Part shown: piece by piece, positions 24,943 through 32,000 of the stretch
How the letters are laid out: each line of letters starts with the position of its first letter
Position numbering within the stretch: the first letter of the stretch is position 1
From: Bacillus subtilis subsp. subtilis str. 168
Lineage (GTDB): Bacteria; Bacillota; Bacilli; Bacillales; Bacillaceae
Direction of reading: 5' to 3'
Assembly (NCBI RefSeq): GCF_000009045.1
Contig: NC_000964.3
Span: forward strand, 4,080,001 to 4,112,000
DNA length: 32,000 nt
Notes under the pieces: generated by a model
Databases searched by the model: none
The model's input: only the letters and a program-made list of their open reading frames with translations
Told to the model about the DNA's origin: nothing
Translations under genes and position numbers: made by a program

Positions 24943-26137
24943 TCTTTGCAATAGGCTGCCACGACAGATACGTAGCGCTTCTCCACAACCACTCAAACGG
25001 CCCCATCCGAAAGACACGAAGCCAAAGGTGGCTGAAGACCATTTGAACGGCACAAACAGCAATTGTAATGAGCACACCGGCAGCAGGGTACACTTTTCCA
25101 TACAGGCCCAAGCCGTAATGATAAAAAATCCAAGTACACACAATAGACTGCATCAAATAATTGGTAAATGCCATCCTCCCAACAGCGGAGAATGATTGCA
25201 GCACTGTTCTCACTCTTGTTTTATGATAAAGATAGACAACCGTTGTAACATAGAAAAACATGAGGAAAGGCGCGCCAATCAGCAAACATATTTCTTTATC
25301 CGTTACACTGTACAGCACCTGGGCGCCGATGCCGATGACAAGCCCAGCCATCCATAATCGTTTTAATCCTTTGCGATGCTTTTCCGGTTCATGCAAATAC
25401 CGTGATTTTGCTGCCGCAGCTCCCAGCAAAAACATGCTGAAATATGGAATGGATGCAAAGAAGTAGTTGAGCGGATTATACGTAAGCATGCCATTCGAAG
25501 ACATGTAAACAAGACGGTCGTGGATCCGCTGTTCTGCAATATCCTTCAGGCTGCCGCTTCCATAAACATGAATCGCTTGTTTTGCCTGCTGTGTTACCGC
25601 TTGTACCCATTCCTGTCCGTTTGATTGATCAAAACTTGTCAACATGAACGGAATGGAAAACAGAAGATACAAAGAGACCGCCCATATCAGCAGTGTTTTC
25701 GGCTTTGCTTTTCGAAACAAGAGCAGGACAAATCCGAGCAGGGCATATTCTGTTAAAATATCCCCGTCCCATATCAAAAAGGCATGAATCGTTCCAAACA
25801 AGAGAAGCGCCATTAACCTTCTCACATATAACGGAACAAACCGTTTCCCTTTGTTTTCTGCTCTCTCCATCATGACAACCATGCCAAATCCAAATAAAAA
25901 GGAAAACAATAAAATACATTTTGTTTGAATGAAGAATTTCAGTATGTCTGCGGCGGCAAAATCAGCTTCAGACCACTTATCCATGAAAAAATTCTCTTTT
26001 CCAAGCATAGACAAATACATATCCGGATAACTGAAATGTGCCAGATTGACAAATAAGATGCCGAAAATCGCCATTCCTCTCAGCACATCAAGCACACCGA
26101 TCCGCTCATTTGTTAAAGTCGGCTGTAATGAAGACAT
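24929..26137 (-). CDS. yxaH: YxaH, DUF418-type polytopic membrane protein (second gene of the qdoI-yxaH operon)
   Basis: The track ORF is trimmed to the ATG at 26137 (MSSLQPTLTNERIGVLDVLRG...), 10 nt after AAGGAG. The length is 402 aa, with many TM segments. Confidence 0.88.
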   Translation of the reverse strand: MSSLQPTLTNERIGVLDVLRGMAIFGILFVNLAHFSYPDMYLSMLGKENFFMDKWSEADFAAADILKFFIQTKCILLFSFLFGFGMVVMMERAENKGKRFVPLYVRRLMALLLFGTIHAFLIWDGDILTEYALLGFVLLLFRKAKPKTLLIWAVSLYLLFSIPFMLTSFDQSNGQEWVQAVTQQAKQAIHVYGSGSLKDIAEQRIHDRLVYMSSNGMLTYNPLNYFFASIPYFSMFLLGAAAAKSRYLHEPEKHRKGLKRLWMAGLVIGIGAQVLYSVTDKEICLLIGAPFLMFFYVTTVVYLYHKTRVRTVLQSFSAVGRMAFTNYLMQSIVCTWIFYHYGLGLYGKVYPAAGVLITIAVCAVQMVFSHLWLRVFRMGPFEWLWRSATYLSWQPIAKKTKV

Positions 26138-26244
26138 AGCCATCACGCTCCTTTTTTCTGTACCTTAAGGGTAGGAAAAAATGAAGCGCGGTAACATCGA
26201 TTTAGGTGTCAGGCCGGCATGAAAACCTTACAATCTTGTCATCT

Positions 26245-27258
26245 TTATGGTTTCATCACCTTTAAATCTAATGCTTCGATATTCTGCAAAATGCGATCAA
26301 AGCGCAAAGCCTGAGGCTCACATGGGAAGATGTGGCCTTCATACGGGTCGCCTAACGTCCGGAAAAACGGTTCAAATAAACCAGGAACCAATACGCCCAC
26401 CATCTTTGTATAGTGAGAATCAAGGCGATAGGAGTGAACGGTATTTGCAGGGACATGCAGGAAATCTCCCGGATTCAGCTGAATTTCCTGGCCATCTGTC
26501 CACATCGTCATCTGGCCTTCAAGGCAATAAAATGTTTCTGTATGATATTCATGGTAGTGATCAACGATTCGGTCACCTTTAGGGCCTTCAGATGATACGA
26601 CGATAAACTGGCCATCTGTATTTTTTTGTGCAGCCACAATGCGGTGAAGCTGATCTCCAGTCAACAGACGATCTCCTTCTCCAGATTCAAGAACGTATGG
26701 AACCGCTCCATCTGGCAGCTCTGTAAGTTCCGCTAATTTGGCCGAACATGCAGGCTTTGCTTCATCTAGAAATACAATGTCCGCTACAGCGGCTGCTTCT
26801 GCAAATCGCTCGTTTGAGACTTCTTCGCTTGCGTACGGCGGATGTTCAGCGTGATCATACGGATTCCCAATAACGGAATACAAGTGCGCTACGTTTCCTT
26901 TCATCGTGTAAGACACCAGTCTTGTTCTGTGGCTCTGCATCCGGTAGCTGTGCGGTGTTCCCGCCGGAATGTTGGCATAATCACCTGATATTAATAAATA
27001 GCGTTCACCATCAAGTGTCAGTTCCAGTTTCCCGTCCAAAACGAGAATTCCTTCATGTGTGTCCTTGTGGACGTGAAGCGGAAAGGCATCTCCTTTTCCC
27101 CCGGAAAGAAGCACGATCTCAAACAAATCACCTGTGCTCCTCCCATTCGCCATCACCGTGGCAACCTGTCTGCCGAACAGATAGCGCTCGCCTTCTCCGC
27201 TCCGGAGCAAATAAGGCATTTTTTCTTTAGGCAATGAATGTGTACATAATGTTTTCAT
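26245..27258 (-). CDS. qdoI: QdoI (YxaG), quercetin 2,3-dioxygenase, bicupin
   Basis: This 337-aa ORF has two cupin modules with metal-binding motifs (HVHKDTHEG...H and HYHEYHTE...H), and SD GGAGGAAG upstream. Confidence 0.94.
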   Translation of the reverse strand: MKTLCTHSLPKEKMPYLLRSGEGERYLFGRQVATVMANGRSTGDLFEIVLLSGGKGDAFPLHVHKDTHEGILVLDGKLELTLDGERYLLISGDYANIPAGTPHSYRMQSHRTRLVSYTMKGNVAHLYSVIGNPYDHAEHPPYASEEVSNERFAEAAAVADIVFLDEAKPACSAKLAELTELPDGAVPYVLESGEGDRLLTGDQLHRIVAAQKNTDGQFIVVSSEGPKGDRIVDHYHEYHTETFYCLEGQMTMWTDGQEIQLNPGDFLHVPANTVHSYRLDSHYTKMVGVLVPGLFEPFFRTLGDPYEGHIFPCEPQALRFDRILQNIEALDLKVMKP

Positions 27259-27277
27259 ATTATCGCTTCCTCCAATT

Positions 27278-27295
27278 TAGACCAGTCTATATATT
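27278..27295 (-). promoter_or_regulatory. LmrA/QdoR operator box 1 upstream of qdoI
   Basis: The minus strand reads AATATATAGACTGGTCTA, matching the published LmrA/YxaF box AWTATAtagaNYGgTCTA. Confidence 0.75.
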
Positions 27296-27309
27296 ATCAT
27301 TCATTTGTC

Positions 27310-27327
27310 TAGACCGTTCTATATAAT
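27310..27327 (-). promoter_or_regulatory. LmrA/QdoR operator box 2 upstream of qdoI
   Basis: The minus strand reads ATTATATAGAACGGTCTA, matching the same consensus. It lies in tandem with box 1, 32 nt away. Confidence 0.75.
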
Positions 27328-27351
27328 TGTAGGAGAAAGGATAACAAAATG

Positions 27352-27927
27352 CTACCCTTTTTTTCTCACCAGCACTGGTATTTGTTCGGCAATGAGAAGA
27401 AGAGGCGTTTTGTCTTTATTCGTTAACGAAAGCATGATGCCGCCCTCAATCATCGAATTAATCAGCGTTCCAAGCTGATTTGCTTCTTCTTCTGCAAATC
27501 CGTTTTCCATTAATTTTCTGGCAAAAACCGCTTCCCAGCTTTTAAACACCTTCATGCAAACCGTCCGCAGCGGTTCACTGATTAACGCTGTCTCACTCGC
27601 CAGCAAACCGACTGGAATACCTTTAATGCTTTCTGTGTTGTCAAATTGGCTGGCTGTTTTTTTGATAAAAAGCTGAATCGCTTCAACAGGATCAGAGGAT
27701 TCATCCATGCTTTGCTGTATCAGATGTTCAACGATCTTACCTGTATATGTAACCGCTTCAATTGCTAGTTCTTCTTTGCCATTCGGAAAAAAGTGATAAA
27801 GCGATCCTTTTGGAGCACCGCTTTCTTTTACAATCTGGTTCAAACCTGTCGCGTGATATCCTTGCAGCTGGAACAGACGTGACGCCGTGTGAAGGATTTT
27901 TTCACGTGAATCTCCTCTGCTAGTCAT
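27352..27927 (-). CDS. qdoR: QdoR (YxaF), TetR-family flavonoid-responsive repressor
   Basis: This 191-aa ORF has a TetR HTH (REKILHTASRLFQLQGYHATGLNQIVKESGAPKGSLYHFF), with SD GGAGGGA upstream. Confidence 0.93.
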   Translation of the reverse strand: MTSRGDSREKILHTASRLFQLQGYHATGLNQIVKESGAPKGSLYHFFPNGKEELAIEAVTYTGKIVEHLIQQSMDESSDPVEAIQLFIKKTASQFDNTESIKGIPVGLLASETALISEPLRTVCMKVFKSWEAVFARKLMENGFAEEEANQLGTLINSMIEGGIMLSLTNKDKTPLLLIAEQIPVLVRKKG

Positions 27928-27951
27928 TAAAACATTCCCTCCTAGGTATGG

Positions 27952-27995
27952 TAGAGCGACTTATATAATATAAAAAAGAACCCTGTGATTGTCAA
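27952..27995 (-). promoter_or_regulatory. qdoR promoter with an overlapping LmrA/QdoR-like box
   Basis: The minus strand reads TTGACA (27995-27990), a 17-nt spacer, then TATATT (27972-27967). The box ATTATATAAGTCGCTCTA (27969-27952) is a partial match to the operator consensus. Confidence 0.55.
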
Positions 27996-28057
27996 AAGGG
28001 GTAAGACCCTTCCGGATGGGGTAATGTACAAAAACAGCGTCTAGGAGGGATCTCTCA

Positions 28058-29128
28058 ATGACAATCGATCATTCAGTCACAAATACAGAGCAGCTTGAAC
28101 AACAGAACCCCGCCATAAAAACAAAGCTCAAACTGAAAAAGCTTAAGGATCAGGTGATCGTCATTACCGGCGCTTCAAGCGGTATCGGACTTGTCACGGC
28201 GAGAATGGCAGCTGAAAAAGGCGCAAAGGTCGTGGCAGCAGCGCGAAATGAAGAGGCGCTGAAGGAGCTCACTGATGAACTTAAGGAAAAAGGGCACGAC
28301 GCCATATGGGTAAAGGCGGATGTCGGAAAAGAAGAGGACGTCAACCGCATCGCAGAAACCGCGATCAGCACATTCGGCCGCTTTGATACATGGGTCAACA
28401 ATGCGGCCGTCTCGACTTTCGGACACGCCATGGACGTCACCGTCGAAGACATGAAGCGCATGTTCGACACAAATTTCTGGGGACCTGTTTACGGAACAAG
28501 AGCGGCTGTCAAACACTACACCGGCAGAGGTGTGCCGGGCGCACTCATTAATGTAGGAAGCCTGTTCGGAGACAGGGGAACGGTCATTCAATCCACATAT
28601 GCATCTGCCAAATTTGCGCTTCACGGCTGGACGGAAAGCATCCGAATGGAGCTTGAAAAGGAACAGGCGCCCGTCTCGGTAACGCTCATCCACCCGGGCA
28701 GAATTGACACACCATATAACGAGCATGCGCACAGCTACCTCGACAAACAGCCGGCTCATTACCGCTCCATGATCTATCCGCCGGAAGCGGTCGCCGAAGC
28801 GATCCTGTTTGCCGCCGAACACCCTAAGCGCGACATGTACATCGGCTCACAGGCCAAAGCCATCGCCATGCTGGGCGCGCTTTTTCCTCGTCTGACCGAC
28901 AGACTGATGGAAAAAATCATGTATCACAGCCAGCATGCCGAAAGACCGTCCAATCCGAGAGAAGAAAGCGCTCTTTATGATGCTGGCTGCGGTATGCATG
29001 ACAGAGGCACAAATAAAGGATGGATGAGGTCAAGAAGCTACTACACAAAAGCGACGAAGCGCCCAATTGTATCGGCGGCTGTTGTTGCCGGACTAGTGGC
29101 TTGGGCTGCCGCCAAACGATGCAGATAA
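28058..29128 (+). CDS. yxnA: YxnA, short-chain dehydrogenase/reductase with a C-terminal hydrophobic tail
   Basis: This 356-aa ORF has SD AGGAGGG upstream. It has the SDR motifs TGASSGIG, NNAA and YxxxK (YASAKFA), and a C-terminal segment VSAAVVAGLVAWAAA. Confidence 0.9.
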   Translation: MTIDHSVTNTEQLEQQNPAIKTKLKLKKLKDQVIVITGASSGIGLVTARMAAEKGAKVVAAARNEEALKELTDELKEKGHDAIWVKADVGKEEDVNRIAETAISTFGRFDTWVNNAAVSTFGHAMDVTVEDMKRMFDTNFWGPVYGTRAAVKHYTGRGVPGALINVGSLFGDRGTVIQSTYASAKFALHGWTESIRMELEKEQAPVSVTLIHPGRIDTPYNEHAHSYLDKQPAHYRSMIYPPEAVAEAILFAAEHPKRDMYIGSQAKAIAMLGALFPRLTDRLMEKIMYHSQHAERPSNPREESALYDAGCGMHDRGTNKGWMRSRSYYTKATKRPIVSAAVVAGLVAWAAAKRCR

Positions 29129-29142
29129 TCTCTGACCATAAG

Positions 29143-29179
29143 AAAAACCCATGCTGTTCCAGCGAACCATGGGTTTTTC
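29143..29179. terminator. Bidirectional terminator between convergent yxnA and yxaD
   Basis: The hairpin is AAAAACCCATG-CTGTTCCAGCGAAC-CATGGGTTTTT. Confidence 0.8.
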
Positions 29180-29184
29180 AGCTG

Positions 29185-29616
29185 TTAATCGATAAAAGCC
29201 TTGTTCATACGCTGCAGCAGCTCGCCGAACATCTCTTTTTCCTGTGTTGACCATTCTTTCAGCATCTGTTCATAACGTTCAAGGCGCTTTTGCTGATCGG
29301 CTTTTAATAGTTGTTTGCCGAGTTTTGTAATGGTAAACAGGCTGACTCTCCCATCAGACGGGTCTGAGAAACGATAGATGAGCTCCTTTGCCTCTAATGC
29401 AGCTGCTTGTCTTGAAAGAGTAGAAATATCAAGCTTAAACGATTCAGCCAATTCCTTAACACGAGCAGGCCCAAACTCATCCAATTGTCTCAGTAATAAG
29501 TACGAAGATCTCTCCAAATTCCCTGTTCTTTTCTCCGATTGATCCAGATAAACAGCTCTCCTGATAAAAGTCGTCAGCTCATATTCAATTAATTCAACTG
29601 GATTTTGATTTTGCAA
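29185..29616 (-). CDS. yxaD: YxaD, MarR-family transcriptional regulator
   Basis: It has a winged-helix MarR core (LLRQLDEFGPARVKELAESFKLDISTLSRQAAALEAKELIYR). There is no in-frame ATG near the 5' end. I chose the TTG at 29616 after GGGAGCGAGAG (143 aa). The track start at 29679 would place operator-like palindromes inside the CDS. The start is uncertain. Confidence 0.75.
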   Translation of the reverse strand: MQNQNPVELIEYELTTFIRRAVYLDQSEKRTGNLERSSYLLLRQLDEFGPARVKELAESFKLDISTLSRQAAALEAKELIYRFSDPSDGRVSLFTITKLGKQLLKADQQKRLERYEQMLKEWSTQEKEMFGELLQRMNKAFID

Positions 29617-29660
29617 TCGCTCTCGCTCCCTATTCCAATCTCCGGCATTGACAACATCAT

Positions 29661-29747
29661 ATATACTTGTATAATACAAATGTACATTAACTGAATAAAT
29701 ACAAGTCGTTATATGACTAAATCAATTATTATACTTGTATAGTACAA
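29661..29747. promoter_or_regulatory. Repeated palindromic operator-like boxes in the yxaD/lrgA-like intergenic region
   Basis: ATACTTGTATAATACAA (29663-29679, palindrome TTGTAT-A-ATACAA) and ATACTTGTATAGTACAA (29731-29747) match at 16 of 17 positions. An inverted copy of the ACTTGTAT core lies at 29699-29706. Confidence 0.5.
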
Positions 29748-29842
29748 TCATATAAAAAGAAAGTAAAGCGATTCCTCAGAACCATCCTAGAAGCAAGCAC
29801 CAGAAAGGAGGAAGCTGTTCTGATTGGAGAGCAGCACTTGAT

Positions 29843-30247
29843 GTGAAAGTCATACGAATTATTTTGCAAGTGTTGATATTATATGTATTTTTTATGATCG
29901 GGGAAGCCATTCAGCATCTGTTTCATTTACCCGTGTCAGGAAGCATCGTTGGATTGGTATTGCTTCTGATCTGCTTGGGCCTCCGTATTGTTCCCGTCTC
30001 CATCATTGAAGACGGAGCAGGGTTTTTATTATCCTTCCTTCCATTGTTGTTCATCCCGGCAATGACAGGAGTGATAAACTATCCGTCTCTCATTTCATTC
30101 AATGGCCTGATGCTGCTGATTACAGTCGTTCTCAGCACCATCGTCACGATCATTGCGGCTGGATTCGCCAGCCAGCTATTAGAGAAAAAAGCAAAAAAAC
30201 GGGAGGAGAAAGAGAAATGCAGCAAGCATGTATCGCGATCATTATAA
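29843..30247 (+). CDS. LrgA/CidA-family small membrane protein (holin-like / carboxylate-transporter subunit)
   Basis: This 134-aa ORF starts at a GTG and has four TM segments. The pattern ...GSIVGLVLLLICLGLRIV...FLPLLFIPA... is typical of LrgA/CidA. It overlaps the downstream LrgB-like gene by 31 nt. Confidence 0.8.
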   Translation: MKVIRIILQVLILYVFFMIGEAIQHLFHLPVSGSIVGLVLLLICLGLRIVPVSIIEDGAGFLLSFLPLLFIPAMTGVINYPSLISFNGLMLLITVVLSTIVTIIAAGFASQLLEKKAKKREEKEKCSKHVSRSL

Positions 30248-30909
30248 TTCTTTTAACAGTTGCCGCTTATTTAGCGATGGTCAAACTCTATAAGCGATTC
30301 CCGCTTCCATTTCTGATCCCTGTTCTGACAACGACAATTTTGATTGTAGCGGCTTTGATGATGTTTCATGTTTCCTATGAAGGCTATATGATCGGGGGGA
30401 AATGGATCAATTCTTTGCTTGGGCCGGCTGTTGTGGCGCTGGCCTATCCGCTTTATAAGCAATGGCATATCATTGTCAAACATTGTGTTCCCATTTTAGG
30501 CGGCGTCCTGGTCGGCTTATGCATGGGAATGATCAGCGGGCTGATCTTCGCAGAAGCATTCGGGATTGATCATGATCTCTTATTATCCATTCTGCCAAAA
30601 TCGATCACAACCCCTGTCGCTATTCAGATCGCCGCCGGTCTTGGCGGCGTCCCTTCCATGACAGTCGTATTTGTCATGATTGCGGGCTTTTCAGGCGTCA
30701 TCCTCGGGCCGCTTTTCCTAAAATGGCTTCGCATACGCAGCTCCCTAGGACAAGGCATTGCATTAGGCAGCGCCTCCCATGCACTGGGTACCTCCAAAGC
30801 GTTGGAATATGGGGAATTGGCCGTATCCATGAGTTCCGTCTCCATGACGCTTTGTGCGGTGCTCGGCTCATTCTTCGGCCCGCTCGTCGTCTGGCTGTTT
30901 CATATTTAA
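30217..30909 (+). CDS. yxaC: YxaC, LrgB/CidB-family membrane protein
   Basis: This 230-aa ORF has SD GGGAGGAG upstream. It has the LrgB-like motifs (LGPAVVALAYPLY, SILPKSITTPVAI, GSASHALGT). Confidence 0.9.
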   Translation: MQQACIAIIIILLTVAAYLAMVKLYKRFPLPFLIPVLTTTILIVAALMMFHVSYEGYMIGGKWINSLLGPAVVALAYPLYKQWHIIVKHCVPILGGVLVGLCMGMISGLIFAEAFGIDHDLLLSILPKSITTPVAIQIAAGLGGVPSMTVVFVMIAGFSGVILGPLFLKWLRIRSSLGQGIALGSASHALGTSKALEYGELAVSMSSVSMTLCAVLGSFFGPLVVWLFHI

Positions 30910-30913
30910 CAAA

Positions 30914-30946
30914 GAAAGACTGCCCCGGGGGAGGGCAGTCTTTTTC
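30914..30946. terminator. Bidirectional terminator between convergent yxaC and yxaB
   Basis: The hairpin is AAAGACTGCCC-CGGGGGA-GGGCAGTCTTT, followed by TT. Confidence 0.8.
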
Positions 30947-30948
30947 GT

Positions 30949-31980
30949 TTAAGAAGCAAAAAAATCAATCAACGGCTGAAAGTCCTTAGATAAATCAACG
31001 TCATTCGGTTCTGCTTGAAGCAGGCGGTCAATCATACGCTCCAGCTCCTCAACATCATTCTTATCCGTATATTCAATGAAGTTTAAGCTTTCAAGCCAAT
31101 CCCGATATGAATGTTTGGCTTTGCCATAGCTGTTTCCAAAGACAAGGCAAGGTGTTTTGGTGATAATCGAGAAAATCATCGCGTGAAGGCGGTCGGTAAT
31201 CACCAATTTACTGGAGCCGATGCGGTCCAGCATCTCCATAAAATGCTTTTCACGATCAGCGTAATCGATGGTGTCTACCGTATCCAGCACCGTATCGGTA
31301 CGCTCTGTGTAAGTTGTTTTTTCTGCCCATTGCTTCATCTGTGAAATAAAATCTTCGTCAGTCACTTTCTCCTTATCCGCTCTTAAAATAAAGAGAACGC
31401 CGTCCCGCTCGAGCTCTCGCGGCACAATATCCAAGGAAAGCACCATGTCCGGTGTAAAGATCACATTGGAGTTGAAGGTCTCTTTCACAACATCCAGTGT
31501 TTGCGTCTCACGCGCAGCAATCGTTAAGTTTGTATTTTGATGGTACGCATCCTGTGTTTTTTTCTTTTCCTTCTGTCCTTCCTCTGTATCCTCAAAATAA
31601 ACGGATTGTGGCAGAGAAATTGATTTGTAGTCTTTAAACGCCGAAAAGACCTTTCTTCTGTCTTCCTCAATATCGAGATAAAGGTTTCCTAAATTCCCTC
31701 CGCCTGTAAAGCAGACAATATCGTCTTCACGAATGATCTCCTTCACCAGTTCAATGCCCTCATCCGTCGCATAATCCATAATCTCAATGTATTCATAATA
31801 CGGAAAATGATTTTTGATAAATTTCTCTTCCGCATACGCAATCGCTTGGTCGCCAATGTTTGTGTAGCTAGGGGAACCAAACAAAAATACTTTTCGTTTA
31901 TCATTTAACAGAGCTTCCGGCTCCACATTTGGCGCAATGCCTTTTACTAGTTTTTTGCCTTTGATTTCTTGTACAGTCAT
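30949..31980 (-). CDS. yxaB: YxaB, polysaccharide pyruvyl transferase family protein
   Basis: This 343-aa ORF has SD GGAGGACG upstream. It has the N-terminal NIGDQAI and C-terminal TDRLHAMIF motifs characteristic of the PS_pyruv_trans (CsaB-like) family. Confidence 0.9.
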   Translation of the reverse strand: MTVQEIKGKKLVKGIAPNVEPEALLNDKRKVFLFGSPSYTNIGDQAIAYAEEKFIKNHFPYYEYIEIMDYATDEGIELVKEIIREDDIVCFTGGGNLGNLYLDIEEDRRKVFSAFKDYKSISLPQSVYFEDTEEGQKEKKKTQDAYHQNTNLTIAARETQTLDVVKETFNSNVIFTPDMVLSLDIVPRELERDGVLFILRADKEKVTDEDFISQMKQWAEKTTYTERTDTVLDTVDTIDYADREKHFMEMLDRIGSSKLVITDRLHAMIFSIITKTPCLVFGNSYGKAKHSYRDWLESLNFIEYTDKNDVEELERMIDRLLQAEPNDVDLSKDFQPLIDFFAS

Positions 31981-32000
31981 ATCTGCGTCCTCCTTCTGGG

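Noticed and set aside
27999-28024. A possible SigB-type promoter lies upstream of yxnA (GGGTAA at 28019-28024).
   Set aside because: The -10 is acceptable, but the best -35 candidate (GTAAGA, 12-nt spacer) matches GTTTAA at only 3 positions. That is too weak to call from sequence alone.
28175-28822. A 215-aa minus-strand ORF (and 28150..28470) lies inside yxnA.
   Set aside because: It is an antisense shadow in a GC-rich SDR gene. It has no RBS and its composition is Arg/Cys/Phe-rich nonsense. The same reasoning applies to 14781..15152, 14517..14725, 13075..13450, 10107..10739, 3380..4346, 26247..27237, 25629..25919 and similar embedded ORFs.

Overview
The window matches the Bacillus subtilis 168-type chromosome from the start of the myo-inositol operon through the yxc/yxb/yxa block. 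The gene order is iolD' (truncated), iolC, iolB, iolA, then iolR-iolS divergently, then yxcE-yxcD, csbC, htpG, yxcA, yxbG, yxbF, aldX, yxbD, yxbC, the yxbB-yxbA-yxnB-asnH-yxaM operon, yxaL, yxaJ, yxaI, yxaH-qdoI, qdoR, yxnA, yxaD, an lrgA-like gene plus yxaC, and yxaB. Most of it is ordinary, tightly packed housekeeping, stress and accessory metabolism. I could read several regulatory sites directly: the iol and iolRS sigma-A promoters, two cre sites, SigB-type promoters, LmrA/QdoR boxes, the htpG GAAAAGG element, and many hairpin terminators shared by convergent genes. Many ORF-track entries carry spurious N-terminal extensions, and I re-set those starts from Shine-Dalgarno (SD) placement. 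The standout is at 16.97-22.4 kb. A perfect 118-bp tandem triplication lies upstream of yxbB and is invisible in the ORF track because its ORFs are under 60 aa. It encodes three copies of one 22-aa peptide (MKKAYKKPRLFELRRAVAAGGH), each with its own AGGAGGG ribosome-binding site. All five nucleotide differences between the copies are synonymous. Directly downstream, in one operon, are a SAM methyltransferase, a PqqD-like recognition protein, an orphan 160-aa protein, an asparagine-synthetase-type amidotransferase and an MFS transporter. The amidotransferase keeps its Cys2 nucleophile and SGGIDS ATP motif and carries an extra PqqD-like C-terminal domain. A JmjC/cupin oxygenase and a GNAT acetyltransferase are transcribed divergently. 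I read this as a non-canonical ribosomal-peptide (RiPP or peptide-scaffold) biosynthetic system with no assigned product. It sits in a visibly AT-rich island, and its leader is bracketed by a 17-bp long-range inverted repeat.
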